Both the position numbers and the translations under genes were made by a program. A stretch of 64,000 nucleotides of DNA from Bacillota bacterium (GTDB taxonomy: Bacteria; Bacillota; Sulfobacillia; JAJZYS01; JAILZS01): assembly GCA_023512375.1 (NCBI GenBank), contig JAILZS010000002.1:2659-66658 (forward strand), in the 5' to 3' direction. Shown here piece by piece: positions 1-9,517 of this stretch. Below the pieces are notes generated by a model that was not told where the DNA came from, did no database searches, and saw only the letters and a list, made by a program, of their open reading frames with translations. Positions within the stretch are counted from its first letter, which is position 1. Every line of letters begins with the position of its first letter.

Positions 1-681
1 CGGCCGGTCGGTGAGCTCCTCCCACGTGTCGCCGCCGTCCACACTGCGGAACACGCCGCTTCCCGGTCCTCCGCTCACCAGCGTCCAAGGGCGGCGGTGG
101 GCGTCCCACAAGGTGGCGTACAGGATGTTCGGGCGCACGGGGTCCATGGCCAGGTCGATGGCGCCGGTGTGGTCGTCGCGGTACAGCACGCGCTCCCACG
201 TGCGGCCGCCGTCGCGGCTGCGGAAGACGCCGCGCTCCTCGCTCGGCCCGTACACATGCCCGAACACCGCCGCGTACACGAGGTCCGGATCGCGCGGGTG
301 GACGCGGACGCGGGCGATGTGCCGGCTGTCCGGTAGGCCGCGGTGCTGCCAGGTGAGGCCGCCGTCGAGCGAGCGCCACACGCCGTTGCCGGCCACGACG
401 TTGCCCCGGATGCAGGACTCCCCGGTGCCGACGTACAGCACCGAGGGATCGGCGGCGGCGACGGCGATGGCGCCCACGGAGGCGGCGGTCATCTGGCCGT
501 CCGTCACGTTGCGCCAGCTGTGGCCGGCGTCGTCGGTGCGCCACACCCCGCCCGCGGCGGCGCCGAAGTAGAAGGTGCGCGGCCGGCTGGGATCGCCCGC
601 CACGGCCACGCTGCGCCCGCCCCGGAAGGGGCCGATGAGGCGCCACGGCGCCCGGGCGAGAAGTTCGCTTGGCATGTCCAT
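1..681 (-). CDS. BNR/Asp-box repeat protein (sortilin/Ycf48-like, glycosyl-hydrolase-like beta-propeller), N-terminal part; the gene runs off the window start
   Basis: The minus-strand reading frame from an ATG at 679-681 is MDMPSELLARAPWRLIGPFRGGRSVAVAGDPSRPRTFYFGAAAGGVWRTDDAGHSWRNVTDGQ...GVFRSRDGGRTWERV...GVFRSVDGGDTWEEL. It has repeated S/T-x-D-G-G-x-T-W Asp-box motifs, is preceded by GGAGGAACGGAGC, and has no stop before the window edge. The ORF track does not list it. Confidence 0.5.
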   Translation of the reverse strand, partial: MDMPSELLARAPWRLIGPFRGGRSVAVAGDPSRPRTFYFGAAAGGVWRTDDAGHSWRNVTDGQMTAASVGAIAVAAADPSVLYVGTGESCIRGNVVAGNGVWRSLDGGLTWQHRGLPDSRHIARVRVHPRDPDLVYAAVFGHVYGPSEERGVFRSRDGGRTWERVLYRDDHTGAIDLAMDPVRPNILYATLWDAHRRPWTLVSGGPGSGVFRSVDGGDTWEELTDRP

Positions 682-720
682 GCTCCGTTCCTCCCCTTGC
701 GGCCGCGCGGCGGCGCCCCC

Positions 721-1597
721 CTACCCCGGCAGGGCGAGGCGCCGAAGCCAGTCGCCGAAGAAGTTGATGGCCAGCGACACGACGAGTAGGCTCACGCCGG
801 GAAAGACCATGAGCCACCAGGCGGTGTAGAAGTAGTTCTCACCCTCGGCCAGCATGTTGCCCCACGCCGGGGTGGGCGGCTGCACACCGAACCCCAGGTA
901 GCTCACCGTGGCCTCGGCGATCATGAACTGCGACACCTGCAGCGTGCCGAGGACCAAGACCGGCGCCAGGACGTTGGGGATCACGTGGCGGACGATGATG
1001 TGTGCGGGTGAGGCGCCGCTGGCAACCGCTGCGGTGACGTAGTCCAGGTGCTTGACGCGCAACACCTCGCCGCGCGTCAGGCGGGCGAACATGGCCCAAC
1101 CCGAGACCACCAGGCTGATGATGATGTTCTTCACCCCGAAGCCGAGGACGGCGTTCACGGTGAGCACGAGCAGGATGAACGGGAAGCTCAGCTGGACGTC
1201 GACGACGCGCATGATCACCGTGTCCAGCCAGCCGCCGAAGTAGCCCGACACGCTGCCGAGCAGAAGCCCGATGCCGACCGCGCTGGCCGCCCCCACCCCG
1301 CCCACGAGCAGGGAGACGCGCGCGCCGTAGATGATGCGCGACAGCTCGTCGCGCCCCAGGTCGTCGGTACCCAGGAGGTGATGGGGGGTGAGCGGCGGCT
1401 TGAGGATGTTGAGGAAGTCGACGGCCGTGGGTCCGTAGGGCGCCACCGCGGGGGCGAAGACGGCGGCGAAGACGGCCGCCAAGAGCACCACCAGGGCGAC
1501 CAGGGCCACGGGCCGGCGCACGAGATGGCGCCAGAGGTGGACGAGGGCGCCCGGCGGCGCCGGCGCCGCCTGCGGCAAGCTGGGCTGTGCGGGGGCG
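721..1597 (-). CDS. Oligopeptide/dipeptide ABC transporter permease (DppC/OppC family)
   Basis: The C-terminal 290 aa of ORF 721..2331 show a TM1 helix followed by LLGTDDLGRDELSRIIYGARVSLLVG...EATVSYLGFGVQPPTPAWGNML, the DppC/OppC signature. The start was reset to a GTG preceded by GAGGGGGG, 19 nt after the upstream permease stop. Confidence 0.8.
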
Positions 1598-1616
1598 AGC
1601 ACGCGGGTACCCCCCT

Positions 1617-2570
1617 CTACGTGTAGTGGATGCGCGGGTCGATGGCGGCGTAGAGGATATCCACCGCCAGGTTGGTGACCGAGTACACGGCGGAGATGAA
1701 GAACACCCCCGCCTGCACGATGGTGAAGTCGCGGTTCAGGAGGGCGTTGAGGAGCAGTCGCCCCAGCCCCGGCCAGCTGAAGATGGTCTCCGTCACCACC
1801 GCGCCGCCGAGCAGGGTGGCGAGGTTGAGGCCGACCACGGTGACGAGGGGGATGAGCGAGTTGCGCAGGGCGTGCACGACCAGCACGCGCGCCGGCGTCG
1901 CCCCCTTGGCGCGCGCCGTGCGGATGTAGTCCTGGCCCAGCGCCTCCGCCATGGAGGCGCGCGTCAGGCGCAGGAAGGCGGCCATGGTGTAGGTGGAGAG
2001 GGTGACCACGGGCAGGATGTAGCTGGAGAAGCCCTCCCGCCCCGAGGGCGGCACGAGGCGCAGGTCGACGGCGAAGACGAGGATGAGGAGCAGGCCGAGC
2101 CAGAAGATCGGCATGGACTGGAGCGCGATCACGAGGAGCGACACCAGGTTGTCGAGCCATCCGTCGGGACGCATGGCCGCCCACACCCCGAGGGGGACGC
2201 TGATCGCCAGGGAGAGGGCGAGGGAGAGCACGGCCAGGGCGGCCGTGGCCGGGAGATGGCCCAGGACCAACCCCATGGCGCTCGCCCGGTAGGCGAGGGA
2301 CTGGCCGAAATTGCCGTGCAGGGCCTGCCACAGGAACGTGAGGTACTGCTGCCAGAGCGGGCGGTCGAAGCCGAACTCGTGCGCGAACTGGCTCAGGCTG
2401 GTCTTGGAGACATTCATGGGCACGAACAGCGCCGCCGGGTTGCCGGTCATGCGCAGGATGAAGAAGACGGCGGTCAGGGAGAGGAAGACGACCACCACCA
2501 CGTGGCCCAAGCGGGTGAGGATGTAGCGCTGCGTAGCCCTTCCCCCCTCGGCGCGGCGCGAATGGGGCAA
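1617..2570 (-). CDS. ABC transporter permease (DppB/OppB family)
   Basis: 317 aa with RYILTRLGHVVVVVFLSLTAVFFILRMTGNPAA... and ...LRNSLIPLVTVVGLNLATLLGGAVVTETIFSWPGLGRLLLNAL, a binding-protein-dependent transport inner-membrane component. Confidence 0.85.
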   Translation of the reverse strand: MPHSRRAEGGRATQRYILTRLGHVVVVVFLSLTAVFFILRMTGNPAALFVPMNVSKTSLSQFAHEFGFDRPLWQQYLTFLWQALHGNFGQSLAYRASAMGLVLGHLPATAALAVLSLALSLAISVPLGVWAAMRPDGWLDNLVSLLVIALQSMPIFWLGLLLILVFAVDLRLVPPSGREGFSSYILPVVTLSTYTMAAFLRLTRASMAEALGQDYIRTARAKGATPARVLVVHALRNSLIPLVTVVGLNLATLLGGAVVTETIFSWPGLGRLLLNALLNRDFTIVQAGVFFISAVYSVTNLAVDILYAAIDPRIHYT

Positions 2571-2625
2571 AGCGACGGCCGCACGCCGCGCGCGCGCGGC
2601 GCCCGGCGTGCGGCGGCGGTGCGGG

Positions 2626-4170
2626 TCAGCCGACGGGGTGGGCGTCGAACAGGTCGATCTCCTCGTCCGGCCGCGGCTGCCAGTGCAGCCACTTCACGAC
2701 GCCGTACACGTCGTCCTGCTGCCACAGGAAGATCCACGGTGCGAGCTGTTGGATCTTCACCTGCACGGCGTTCCAGTCGGCCTTCTGCGCCGCCAGGGTG
2801 GTGGCCGTCTCGGCCTTGGTGATGAGCGCGGTCAGGGCCGGGTCGTTGAAGCCGCTGTAGGTTTGGTTTCCCTCGAACAGGTAGCCGAGGGTGTCCTGCG
2901 GGTAGAGCGAGGGGCCCCAGCCGAGGTAGAACATGTCGCCGGCCGTGCGGTTGATGATCTTCGTCAGGTGGACCGCCCAGGCGTCGGAGATCACGTGCAC
3001 GTGGATGCCGATCTGGCCGAGCTCGGCGGCCACCGCCTGGCAAACCTCGCTGTCCATGGGATAGCGCCCGTTCGAGCAACTGAACGTGAGGTTGAGGTCC
3101 TGCGGCTTGTAGCCGGCCTCCTCGATGAGCTTCTTCGCCAGCGAGGGGTTATAGGTGTAGGGGCGGATGGCCGGGTCGAAGCCCGAGTTCGTGCGCGGCA
3201 GGGCGCCGGGGTCGCGGATGGCGTGCCCGTCCATGACGTCGCGGATGAGGAGCGGCACGTTCACCGCGTAGTTGAGGGCTTGGCGCACCTTCACGTTGTC
3301 GAGCGGTCCCGGCTTGAGGTTGACAAGGGCGATGTAGTCGAAGCGGGCGCTCGGCTCGAGGATGACGCGGGCGCCGTTGGCGCGCTGCACCACGGGGATG
3401 TCCGTGTACGGCAGCTCCTCGATGATGTCGACCTTACCGGCGAGGAAGGCGGACAGGCGGGCGCTGAAGTCCGGGATGACGTCGAACACGACGTTCTGGA
3501 TGGCGGGCTTGCCGCGCCAGTAGTGGGGGTTGGCCTTGAGCACAAGGTTCTGGCCCAAGGTCTGGCTCACGAACTCGTACGGGCCGGTGCCGATCGGGTG
3601 GCTGGCGAAGTACTTCAGCCCATGCTGCTGGATGTACTTGGGGGGCATGACCAGGAACTCCGTGGCCAGGAGGTAGGGGAAGAACGGCACGAACCGGCTC
3701 AGGTGGAAGACGACGGTGTACGGGTTGGGCGCCGTCACAGACTTCACGGCGCTGAAGTAGGCGGCCACCGCCGACTTGTTGGCGGGGTTCTGGATGTAGG
3801 ACATGGTGAACTGGACGGCGGAGGCGTCGAACGGCTCGCCGTCCTGGAAGCGCACGCCATGCCGAAGGGTGAGGGTCCAGGTGGTGGGCGAGGTGGCCTT
3901 CCAGCTCGTGGCCAGCCAGGGGATGACGGCCTCGGTCTTGCCGTCGAGGGCGAGCAGGGGGTCGTAGATCTGCTGCAGCTGCCAGTTCGTGGTGGCGTCC
4001 ACGATCGTGTCGGGGATGAGGCTCAACGCGTCGGAACCGATGGCCACCGACACGGTGTCGTGGCCAGAGGCGGCGCGGTGGACCGCGGCCGACGCCGACG
4101 CGGGCAGGAGCATCGAAACCGCCAGCGCGGCCATGGCGCCGCGTGCCGCAAGGGATCTCCCGGTATGCAT
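2626..4170 (-). CDS. ABC transporter substrate-binding protein, family 5 (peptide/nickel)
   Basis: 514 aa with an N-terminal signal peptide (MHTGRSLAARGAMAALAVSMLLPASASA) and SBP family-5 motifs (TNWQLQQIYDPLLALDG, PYEFVSQTLGQNLVLKANPHYWRGKPA). RBS GGGAGGT lies before the ATG. Confidence 0.85.
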   Translation of the reverse strand: MHTGRSLAARGAMAALAVSMLLPASASAAVHRAASGHDTVSVAIGSDALSLIPDTIVDATTNWQLQQIYDPLLALDGKTEAVIPWLATSWKATSPTTWTLTLRHGVRFQDGEPFDASAVQFTMSYIQNPANKSAVAAYFSAVKSVTAPNPYTVVFHLSRFVPFFPYLLATEFLVMPPKYIQQHGLKYFASHPIGTGPYEFVSQTLGQNLVLKANPHYWRGKPAIQNVVFDVIPDFSARLSAFLAGKVDIIEELPYTDIPVVQRANGARVILEPSARFDYIALVNLKPGPLDNVKVRQALNYAVNVPLLIRDVMDGHAIRDPGALPRTNSGFDPAIRPYTYNPSLAKKLIEEAGYKPQDLNLTFSCSNGRYPMDSEVCQAVAAELGQIGIHVHVISDAWAVHLTKIINRTAGDMFYLGWGPSLYPQDTLGYLFEGNQTYSGFNDPALTALITKAETATTLAAQKADWNAVQVKIQQLAPWIFLWQQDDVYGVVKWLHWQPRPDEEIDLFDAHPVG

Positions 4171-4233
4171 GGCGTACCTCCCATGGGCTCGATGGCGATG
4201 GAACGGCGACTCGCCCCGGCCGACGGCCGGGGG

Positions 4234-5391
4234 CTAGCCCACGATCTGGTCCTCCAGCCGCTTGGACCGGTGGGTGAGCACCTCGGGCACGTCGCCCACG
4301 ACCACCGTGTCGTCGTGCCGGAAGCCCCCGAGGCCGTAGATGTAGATGCCGGGCTCGGCCGAGAACACCTGCCCGGCCCGCAGGGGTTCGTAGTTGAACG
4401 CCATGTCGGCCGGCGCCTCGTGCCCGGAGATGCCCACCCCGTGACCGGTGCGGTGCATGATGTGGTCCCCGAGCCCTGCCGCCTCGATCACCGCCTGCGC
4501 CGCCTCGTCGGGGGCGCAGGTGGGCGCCCCCGTGCGCATGGCGGCGACGGCGGCGGCGTTGGCCTCCACGGCGGTGGCGTAGGCGTGCGCCTGGCGGTCG
4601 TCGGGAGGGCCGACGAACCATGTGCGCTCGTTCTCCACCACGTAGCCGTTGAAGCGGACGATGAGGATGTCGACCAGGACGTCGCCGCGCCGGATGCGCA
4701 TGCCGCACTCCGCCCCCGTACCGTGGGGCGATGCGGCGGCGGGGCCGGCCAGGGTGCTCACCCGCACCTCCACCTTCTCGCCCCCGTGGCGGCGCGCCGC
4801 TTCCGCCAGGACGAGGCGGGTCACCTCCTGGTCGAGGTCGGACACCAGCATGTCGGCGCGCACGCTCTCCGCGTAGCGGTCCTGTCCCCAGTCGGAGAGG
4901 GCTGCGGCGGCCCGCATGAGGTCGAGCTCCCGCGCCGACTTCACCAGCCGCATGTCGCGCAATAGGTGGCCGGCCAGGTGCCAGTCCGCCTCGGCCAACC
5001 CCTCCCGCAGGGGAGAGAGGGTGGGCTCGAGGGCGTCGGCGGCCAGGCGGCGCGGCCGCACCCCGTACCGCGCCAGCCCCAGGCGCACGAGCTTGGTCCA
5101 GTCCAGGACGCTCGCCGTGCGGTGGGAGCTGCGCGGGTGCTCGGTGTAGTGGACCACGTCCGCCACGGCGAGCGAGCCGCGCTCCCGCGCCATGCGGATA
5201 TGGTGGGTGGACAGCTCGTCCAGGACCATGAAGGCGCCGCCGCCGCGCGTCACGACGCAGGCGGCGGGCCGCTCCCAGGGCGCCACGTCGAGGAGGAAGC
5301 CGGACACGTAGTAGATGTTGTCGGCCTGGGTGACCACGAACGCGTCCAGGTCGTGCTCCTCCAGGTAGGCCACGATGCGGCGGTGTCGCAT
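4234..5391 (-). CDS. M24 family metallopeptidase (Xaa-Pro aminopeptidase/creatinase-like)
   Basis: Creatinase N-domain plus M24 pita-bread fold (HRTGHGVGISGHEAP, EPGIYIYGLGGFRHDDTVVV). The start was moved to the internal ATG (MRHRRIVAYLEEH) behind AGGAAG. Confidence 0.8.
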   Translation of the reverse strand: MRHRRIVAYLEEHDLDAFVVTQADNIYYVSGFLLDVAPWERPAACVVTRGGGAFMVLDELSTHHIRMARERGSLAVADVVHYTEHPRSSHRTASVLDWTKLVRLGLARYGVRPRRLAADALEPTLSPLREGLAEADWHLAGHLLRDMRLVKSARELDLMRAAAALSDWGQDRYAESVRADMLVSDLDQEVTRLVLAEAARRHGGEKVEVRVSTLAGPAAASPHGTGAECGMRIRRGDVLVDILIVRFNGYVVENERTWFVGPPDDRQAHAYATAVEANAAAVAAMRTGAPTCAPDEAAQAVIEAAGLGDHIMHRTGHGVGISGHEAPADMAFNYEPLRAGQVFSAEPGIYIYGLGGFRHDDTVVVGDVPEVLTHRSKRLEDQIVG

Positions 5392-5496
5392 GTCGAATTC
5401 TTCCTGTGGCAAAAACGTCCGCGACCACCTCCCCTTCCCTGTTCCGGGTTCGGCGCCGGGGTCGGGCCTTCCTCCCCCAGGCTCTTCTCATCCGTC

Positions 5497-6228
5497 TTAC
5501 CCGTCGCCCTGTCCCACCCGTCGGCCGCCCCTCGCGCCCCGCCCGGAGGGCGCGAGGGCGTCGCGCACGCGCCGGTAGTGGGCGAGGACGGGGGCCGTCG
5601 CCGCCGCCTGCCCGCGCGCTGCCGGCAGAGGGCCCAGGCGCTCGACCGCCAGGGGGAGCGTCTGCCAGGCGGGGACGTCGGGCACAGCGGGCATCTCCCC
5701 GCCCCCCCAGAAGGCCTGGTCGTCGAGGACGGGGGGTGCGACGCCCTCCCCGCCCGCCGCCGCCCCCGCCCTCGGCAGCGCCCTCTCCCACCCGTCGCCG
5801 CCCAGGCCGCGCGCCAGGGCGAGGAGCGACGTCCTACCCGCCGCCAGCGCGTCCGCCACCGCCTCGGCCAGCAGGCGGGCGTGGCCGCACCCCGCCGCCC
5901 CCTCTCCCCGGCCGCAGTCGCAGCGCGGCATGAGGCCGCCCCGCCCCGGCACGGGGTCGGGACCGCCCTCGGCCGCCACCCGGTCCGCCCGCGGGTCGTC
6001 CAGGGCCACCTCCGCCCCCGCCTGCAGGCCCACCACCGCCCGCCGCCACCGCGCTTGCCACTGGGGGCCCACGACGTCCACCAGGAGGGCGGTGCGGTAT
6101 CTCCCGTCCGGCCCTTCCACCCGCCCTTCGATGCGGCCCGGAGAGGCCCACATCTCGGCCACCCGCCACCCTTCGGCGGCCGGCGCGAGGCGGTCGACGG
6201 CCCGTCGCCAGCGCTCCGCCGCCGTCAC
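5497..6228 (-). CDS. SWIM zinc-finger domain protein
   Basis: About 244 aa; the C-terminal part of ORF 5497..7647 carries CDCGRGEGAAGCGH (a CxCxnCxH SWIM finger). A GTG start preceded by GGAGGTGGGAGG overlaps the TGA stop of the upstream SNF2 gene (GTGA). Confidence 0.55.
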   Translation of the reverse strand: MTAAERWRRAVDRLAPAAEGWRVAEMWASPGRIEGRVEGPDGRYRTALLVDVVGPQWQARWRRAVVGLQAGAEVALDDPRADRVAAEGGPDPVPGRGGLMPRCDCGRGEGAAGCGHARLLAEAVADALAAGRTSLLALARGLGGDGWERALPRAGAAAGGEGVAPPVLDDQAFWGGGEMPAVPDVPAWQTLPLAVERLGPLPAARGQAAATAPVLAHYRRVRDALAPSGRGARGGRRVGQGDG

Positions 6229-9200
6229 CCTCCCACCTCCCGCCGCCTCAGGCGCAGAAGCTCCGCCAACGCCTCGTCGTCCAGCTCGGTGAGCCAACCC
6301 TCGCCCCCGCCCACCACCCGCTCGGCCAGGCGGCGCTTCTCCTCCAGCAAGGCGTCGACGCGCTCCTCCACCGTGTCGACGGTCACCATCTTGTGCACGA
6401 TCACCCGTTCCCGCTGGCCGATGCGGTGGGCGCGGTCGGTGGCCTGCTCCTCCACGGCGGGGTTCCACCACCGGTCCAGGTGCACGACCCGGTTGGCGCG
6501 CGCCAGGTTGAGCCCCACGCCGCCGGCCCGAAGCGAGAGCAGCAGGAGGGGCGGGCCGTCCTCGGACTGGAAGGCGGAAAGGGCACGATCGCGCTCGGGA
6601 CGGGTGAGGCCGCCGTGCACGAAAGGCACCGGCCCCCCGGCCATCTCCTCTAGGAGGGGGAGGAGGAGGCGGCCGAAGGCGACGAACTGGGTGAACAGGA
6701 GGAGACGGTCCCCCTCGTCTAGCGCCTCCTGCACGATCTCCCGCACGCGCACCACCTTGCCCGACCGCTCCGGCCGGATGGGGCCCCCTTCGCCCAGGTA
6801 GTGGCTCGGGTGGTTGAGGATCTGCTTGAGGCGCAAGAGGGTCGTGATCACCGCCCCCCGCCGCTCCATGCCCCGTAGACCCGGCAGCGCCGCCATCAGG
6901 CCGTCCACCACCGCCCGGTACAGGCGCGCCTGCTCGTGCGTGAGGGTGCACAGCTCGCGCACCTCCACCTTGTCCGGCAGGCCGGCCAGGACGGCGGGGT
7001 CGTCCTTGCGACGGCGGAGCACGAAGGGGGCCACCAGTCGGCGCAATACGCGCGCCGCCTCGGCATCGCCCTCCTCCACGGGGCGGGCGAAGCGGCGGCG
7101 GAAGGCGGGGGCGGAACCCAGGTAGCCCGGCTGGAGGAAGCGGAACAGGGCCCACAGGTCCATGAGCCGGTTCTCGATCGGCGTCCCGGTGAGGGCGAGG
7201 CGGTAGCGGGCGCCCAGGCGCCGCACACCCCGGCTGGCGCGCGTGAGGGGGTTCTTGATCGCCTGCGCCTCGTCCAGGATGACGCCGTCCCAGGCGATGC
7301 GGGACAGGAGGGAGATGTCCCGCCAGACGAGGGCGTACGAGGTGAGGACCACGTCGTGGCGCGCCAGGCGCACCGCCTCTCCGGCGTCCCGCCCCCGCCC
7401 GCCGCCGTGGCGCACGGCCATGCGCAGGCCGGGGGCGAAGCGGGCGAACTCGCGCTTCCAGTTCGTAAGCACAGAGGTAGGCGCCACCAGGAGCGTGGGC
7501 CGCGGCCCCTCCTCCTCCCCCGGGTGCGTCGCCCCCGCCCGCCCCGCCCGGTGGCGGGCGAGTACGAGGGCGATGGCCTGTACGGTTTTGCCGAGGCCCA
7601 TGTCGTCGGCCAACAGGGCGCCCATCCCGCGCTCGGCCATCGACCACAGCCAGCGCACGCCCGCCTCTTGGTAAGGCCGCAGCTCGCCTGCCAGGCCCTC
7701 CCCCAGGGCCGGCACGGGCGGCAGGGCGGCGAGCGCCGGCGCCCCCGCCGCCATGGCCCGCTCCGCCTCGGCCAGCCAGCCCGCGCCGTCGGCCACGGCC
7801 ACCTCGAGCCCGCCTTCTCCCCCCGCCTCCGCCAGCAGGGGGAGGAGCGCCGCCCCCTCCACTTGACCCTGGCCCTCGGGGGCGGCGGCGAGCAGGCGGG
7901 CCAGGAGGGCCGCGTCGCGTTCCGACACCTCCACCCAGCCGCTGCGCGCCGCCATCAGCCCGCCGCCGCGGCGCACGGCGTGCGCCAGTCGGGCGGGGGC
8001 GATCGCTTCACCCTCGGCCAGGGCGCGCCAGCGCACCGACAGCCGGCCGAGCCCGCCGTCCTCCCCCTCCTCCGCCGCCACCTCCACCCGCAGGCGGCGG
8101 CGCGCCTCGGCCCGCCAGGCGGCAGGCAAGGCGACGTCCACCCCCATCCGGGCCAGGGCGGGGCCGTCGGAACGAAGGAAGTCGAGCGCCTGGGCGGGGG
8201 AGAGCTCCACCCCCTCCCCCCGCCCCGCCGCCTCCAAGGCCCAGGCCAGGGCGGGGGCGCAGGCGCCAGCCCGTTCCACCTGGGCACGTGCCGCCCGGGC
8301 GAGCACAAGGGGGGTGACGCCGGCACGCTCCGCCGCGGTGCGGGCCTCGGGCGCCTGCTCCAGGGCCGCCGCCAGGGGAAGGGGTTGGCCACCGGTCGAC
8401 GGGAGCGCGATCCCCGCCGTCAAGCGCCAGGCGCCCTCCTCCCCCGTCGGGGCGAGGCGCAGGGAGAGGCGTACCGAGGCCCCCTCCCGAGCCGGCGCCG
8501 CCCACGCCGCCAGGCGCTCGCCCACCCGTCGCACGGGCAAGGTGGCCGCCGCCACCTGGGGCGACTCCGCTCCCAGCGCCCTGGCCACCCGCGCCCAGGC
8601 ACTCGTCTGGCGGCGCACCCGCCCTGCCGGCGGACCGCCCGGGGCACGGCGGGGGGTGCCGGCGCGGGTGGGCGTGTGGCGGCCCAGGGCGTCCACCGCC
8701 GCCGACAAGAGGGCACGGGCGGCATGCCAGCGCCAGGCCTCCGGCCGCGCCGCCCCGGCCGGCGGGCGCTGGGCGGCGGCGAGGGCGAGGGGCATGGCCT
8801 GTACGAGGGCGGCCAGCGCCCGGCCGATCTCCGGATCGTCCACCCAGGGGTGCCAGGTGGCCTCGGGCAGGCGGCGGTCGAGCGCCACCCAAGGCACCAC
8901 CGCCCCCGTACGCCACAGGACGGCGGCCAACTCCGCCAGGCGACCCAGCCACCGCAGCGAAGGGGAGGTGTCCGCCCCGAGGGCGGGGGCCCCGAGCCAG
9001 AGCGGCCCGGTCAGGCGGCCGGTCGTCACCCACACGACCGGCACCGCCCAGGGCCGCAGGCGCGCCTCCCCCTCGCCGTCGGCCGCACTCGCCCCCAGGG
9101 CGAGGGCCGCGGGCGACGGGAGAGGGCGGGGGCCGCGCGCCGGCAGGTAGAGCACGGCGGAGGCGGGGCGCGCCGCCGGCCCCCGGCCGCCGGCGGGGGG

Positions 9201-9344
9201 AGGGGCGAGGAAGGCGGGCAGGGCCGGAAGGGCCGCACTGAGCGCCCGCTCCACCGCGGCGGCGCCCGCCGCCGCCGGGTGGGGCGGCGCCCCGAGGCGG
9301 GCGGGCGGGCGCCGCCCCTCCGGGTCGGGGGATAGGCCCTCCAA
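6225..9344 (-). CDS. SNF2-family helicase (DEAD/DEAH plus HelicC) with a long N-terminal SNF2-associated region
   Basis: The C-terminal ~550 aa carry the SNF2 ATPase motifs (LADDMGLGKTVQAIAL, DEAQAIKNPLTRA, LTGTPIENRLMDLWALFRF, and a helicase C domain ...DRWWNPAVEEQATDRAHRIGQ). The track ORF start at 10166 overlaps metX by about 216 codons, so the real start must be at or below 9517. The first in-frame candidate is a TTG near 9344; the start is uncertain. Confidence 0.7.
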   Translation of the reverse strand: MEGLSPDPEGRRPPARLGAPPHPAAAGAAAVERALSAALPALPAFLAPPPAGGRGPAARPASAVLYLPARGPRPLPSPAALALGASAADGEGEARLRPWAVPVVWVTTGRLTGPLWLGAPALGADTSPSLRWLGRLAELAAVLWRTGAVVPWVALDRRLPEATWHPWVDDPEIGRALAALVQAMPLALAAAQRPPAGAARPEAWRWHAARALLSAAVDALGRHTPTRAGTPRRAPGGPPAGRVRRQTSAWARVARALGAESPQVAAATLPVRRVGERLAAWAAPAREGASVRLSLRLAPTGEEGAWRLTAGIALPSTGGQPLPLAAALEQAPEARTAAERAGVTPLVLARAARAQVERAGACAPALAWALEAAGRGEGVELSPAQALDFLRSDGPALARMGVDVALPAAWRAEARRRLRVEVAAEEGEDGGLGRLSVRWRALAEGEAIAPARLAHAVRRGGGLMAARSGWVEVSERDAALLARLLAAAPEGQGQVEGAALLPLLAEAGGEGGLEVAVADGAGWLAEAERAMAAGAPALAALPPVPALGEGLAGELRPYQEAGVRWLWSMAERGMGALLADDMGLGKTVQAIALVLARHRAGRAGATHPGEEEGPRPTLLVAPTSVLTNWKREFARFAPGLRMAVRHGGGRGRDAGEAVRLARHDVVLTSYALVWRDISLLSRIAWDGVILDEAQAIKNPLTRASRGVRRLGARYRLALTGTPIENRLMDLWALFRFLQPGYLGSAPAFRRRFARPVEEGDAEAARVLRRLVAPFVLRRRKDDPAVLAGLPDKVEVRELCTLTHEQARLYRAVVDGLMAALPGLRGMERRGAVITTLLRLKQILNHPSHYLGEGGPIRPERSGKVVRVREIVQEALDEGDRLLLFTQFVAFGRLLLPLLEEMAGGPVPFVHGGLTRPERDRALSAFQSEDGPPLLLLSLRAGGVGLNLARANRVVHLDRWWNPAVEEQATDRAHRIGQRERVIVHKMVTVDTVEERVDALLEEKRRLAERVVGGGEGWLTELDDEALAELLRLRRREVGG

Positions 9345-9517
9345 CCAGAAGCCGATGCGCTCGCCCCCGCCCTCCGGGGCGAGGACGGCATGGAGGACAC
9401 CCTCGCCGTCGCCGTGGCGCCTCGACTGGGACAGCGGCCCGCACCCCTTCGCCTCCGGGCTGTACGGGGACAGATTCCCACCCGGCGCCCGCCTTCCTGC
9501 CCTCGCCCGAGGCTCGG

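Noticed and set aside
5497-7647. 716-aa minus-strand ORF, and similar giant ORFs (3434..5791, 8008..9444, 6936..9335, 17476..19818, 21779..23494, 24126..27350, 39372..41990, 56733..60020).
   Set aside because: These are Ala/Arg/Gly/Pro-rich translations of alternate or antisense frames of recognisable genes. In a 75%-GC sequence stop codons are rare in every frame. Only the C-terminal 244 aa of 5497..7647 (the SWIM protein) is kept.
9355-9365. Apparent 1-2-nt disagreement between printed sequence and ORF-track translation (also at 56880/56881).
   Set aside because: Most likely a rendering or transcription issue of the window text rather than biology. It was not interpreted as a frameshift, but hand-derived coordinates may be off by a few nucleotides.
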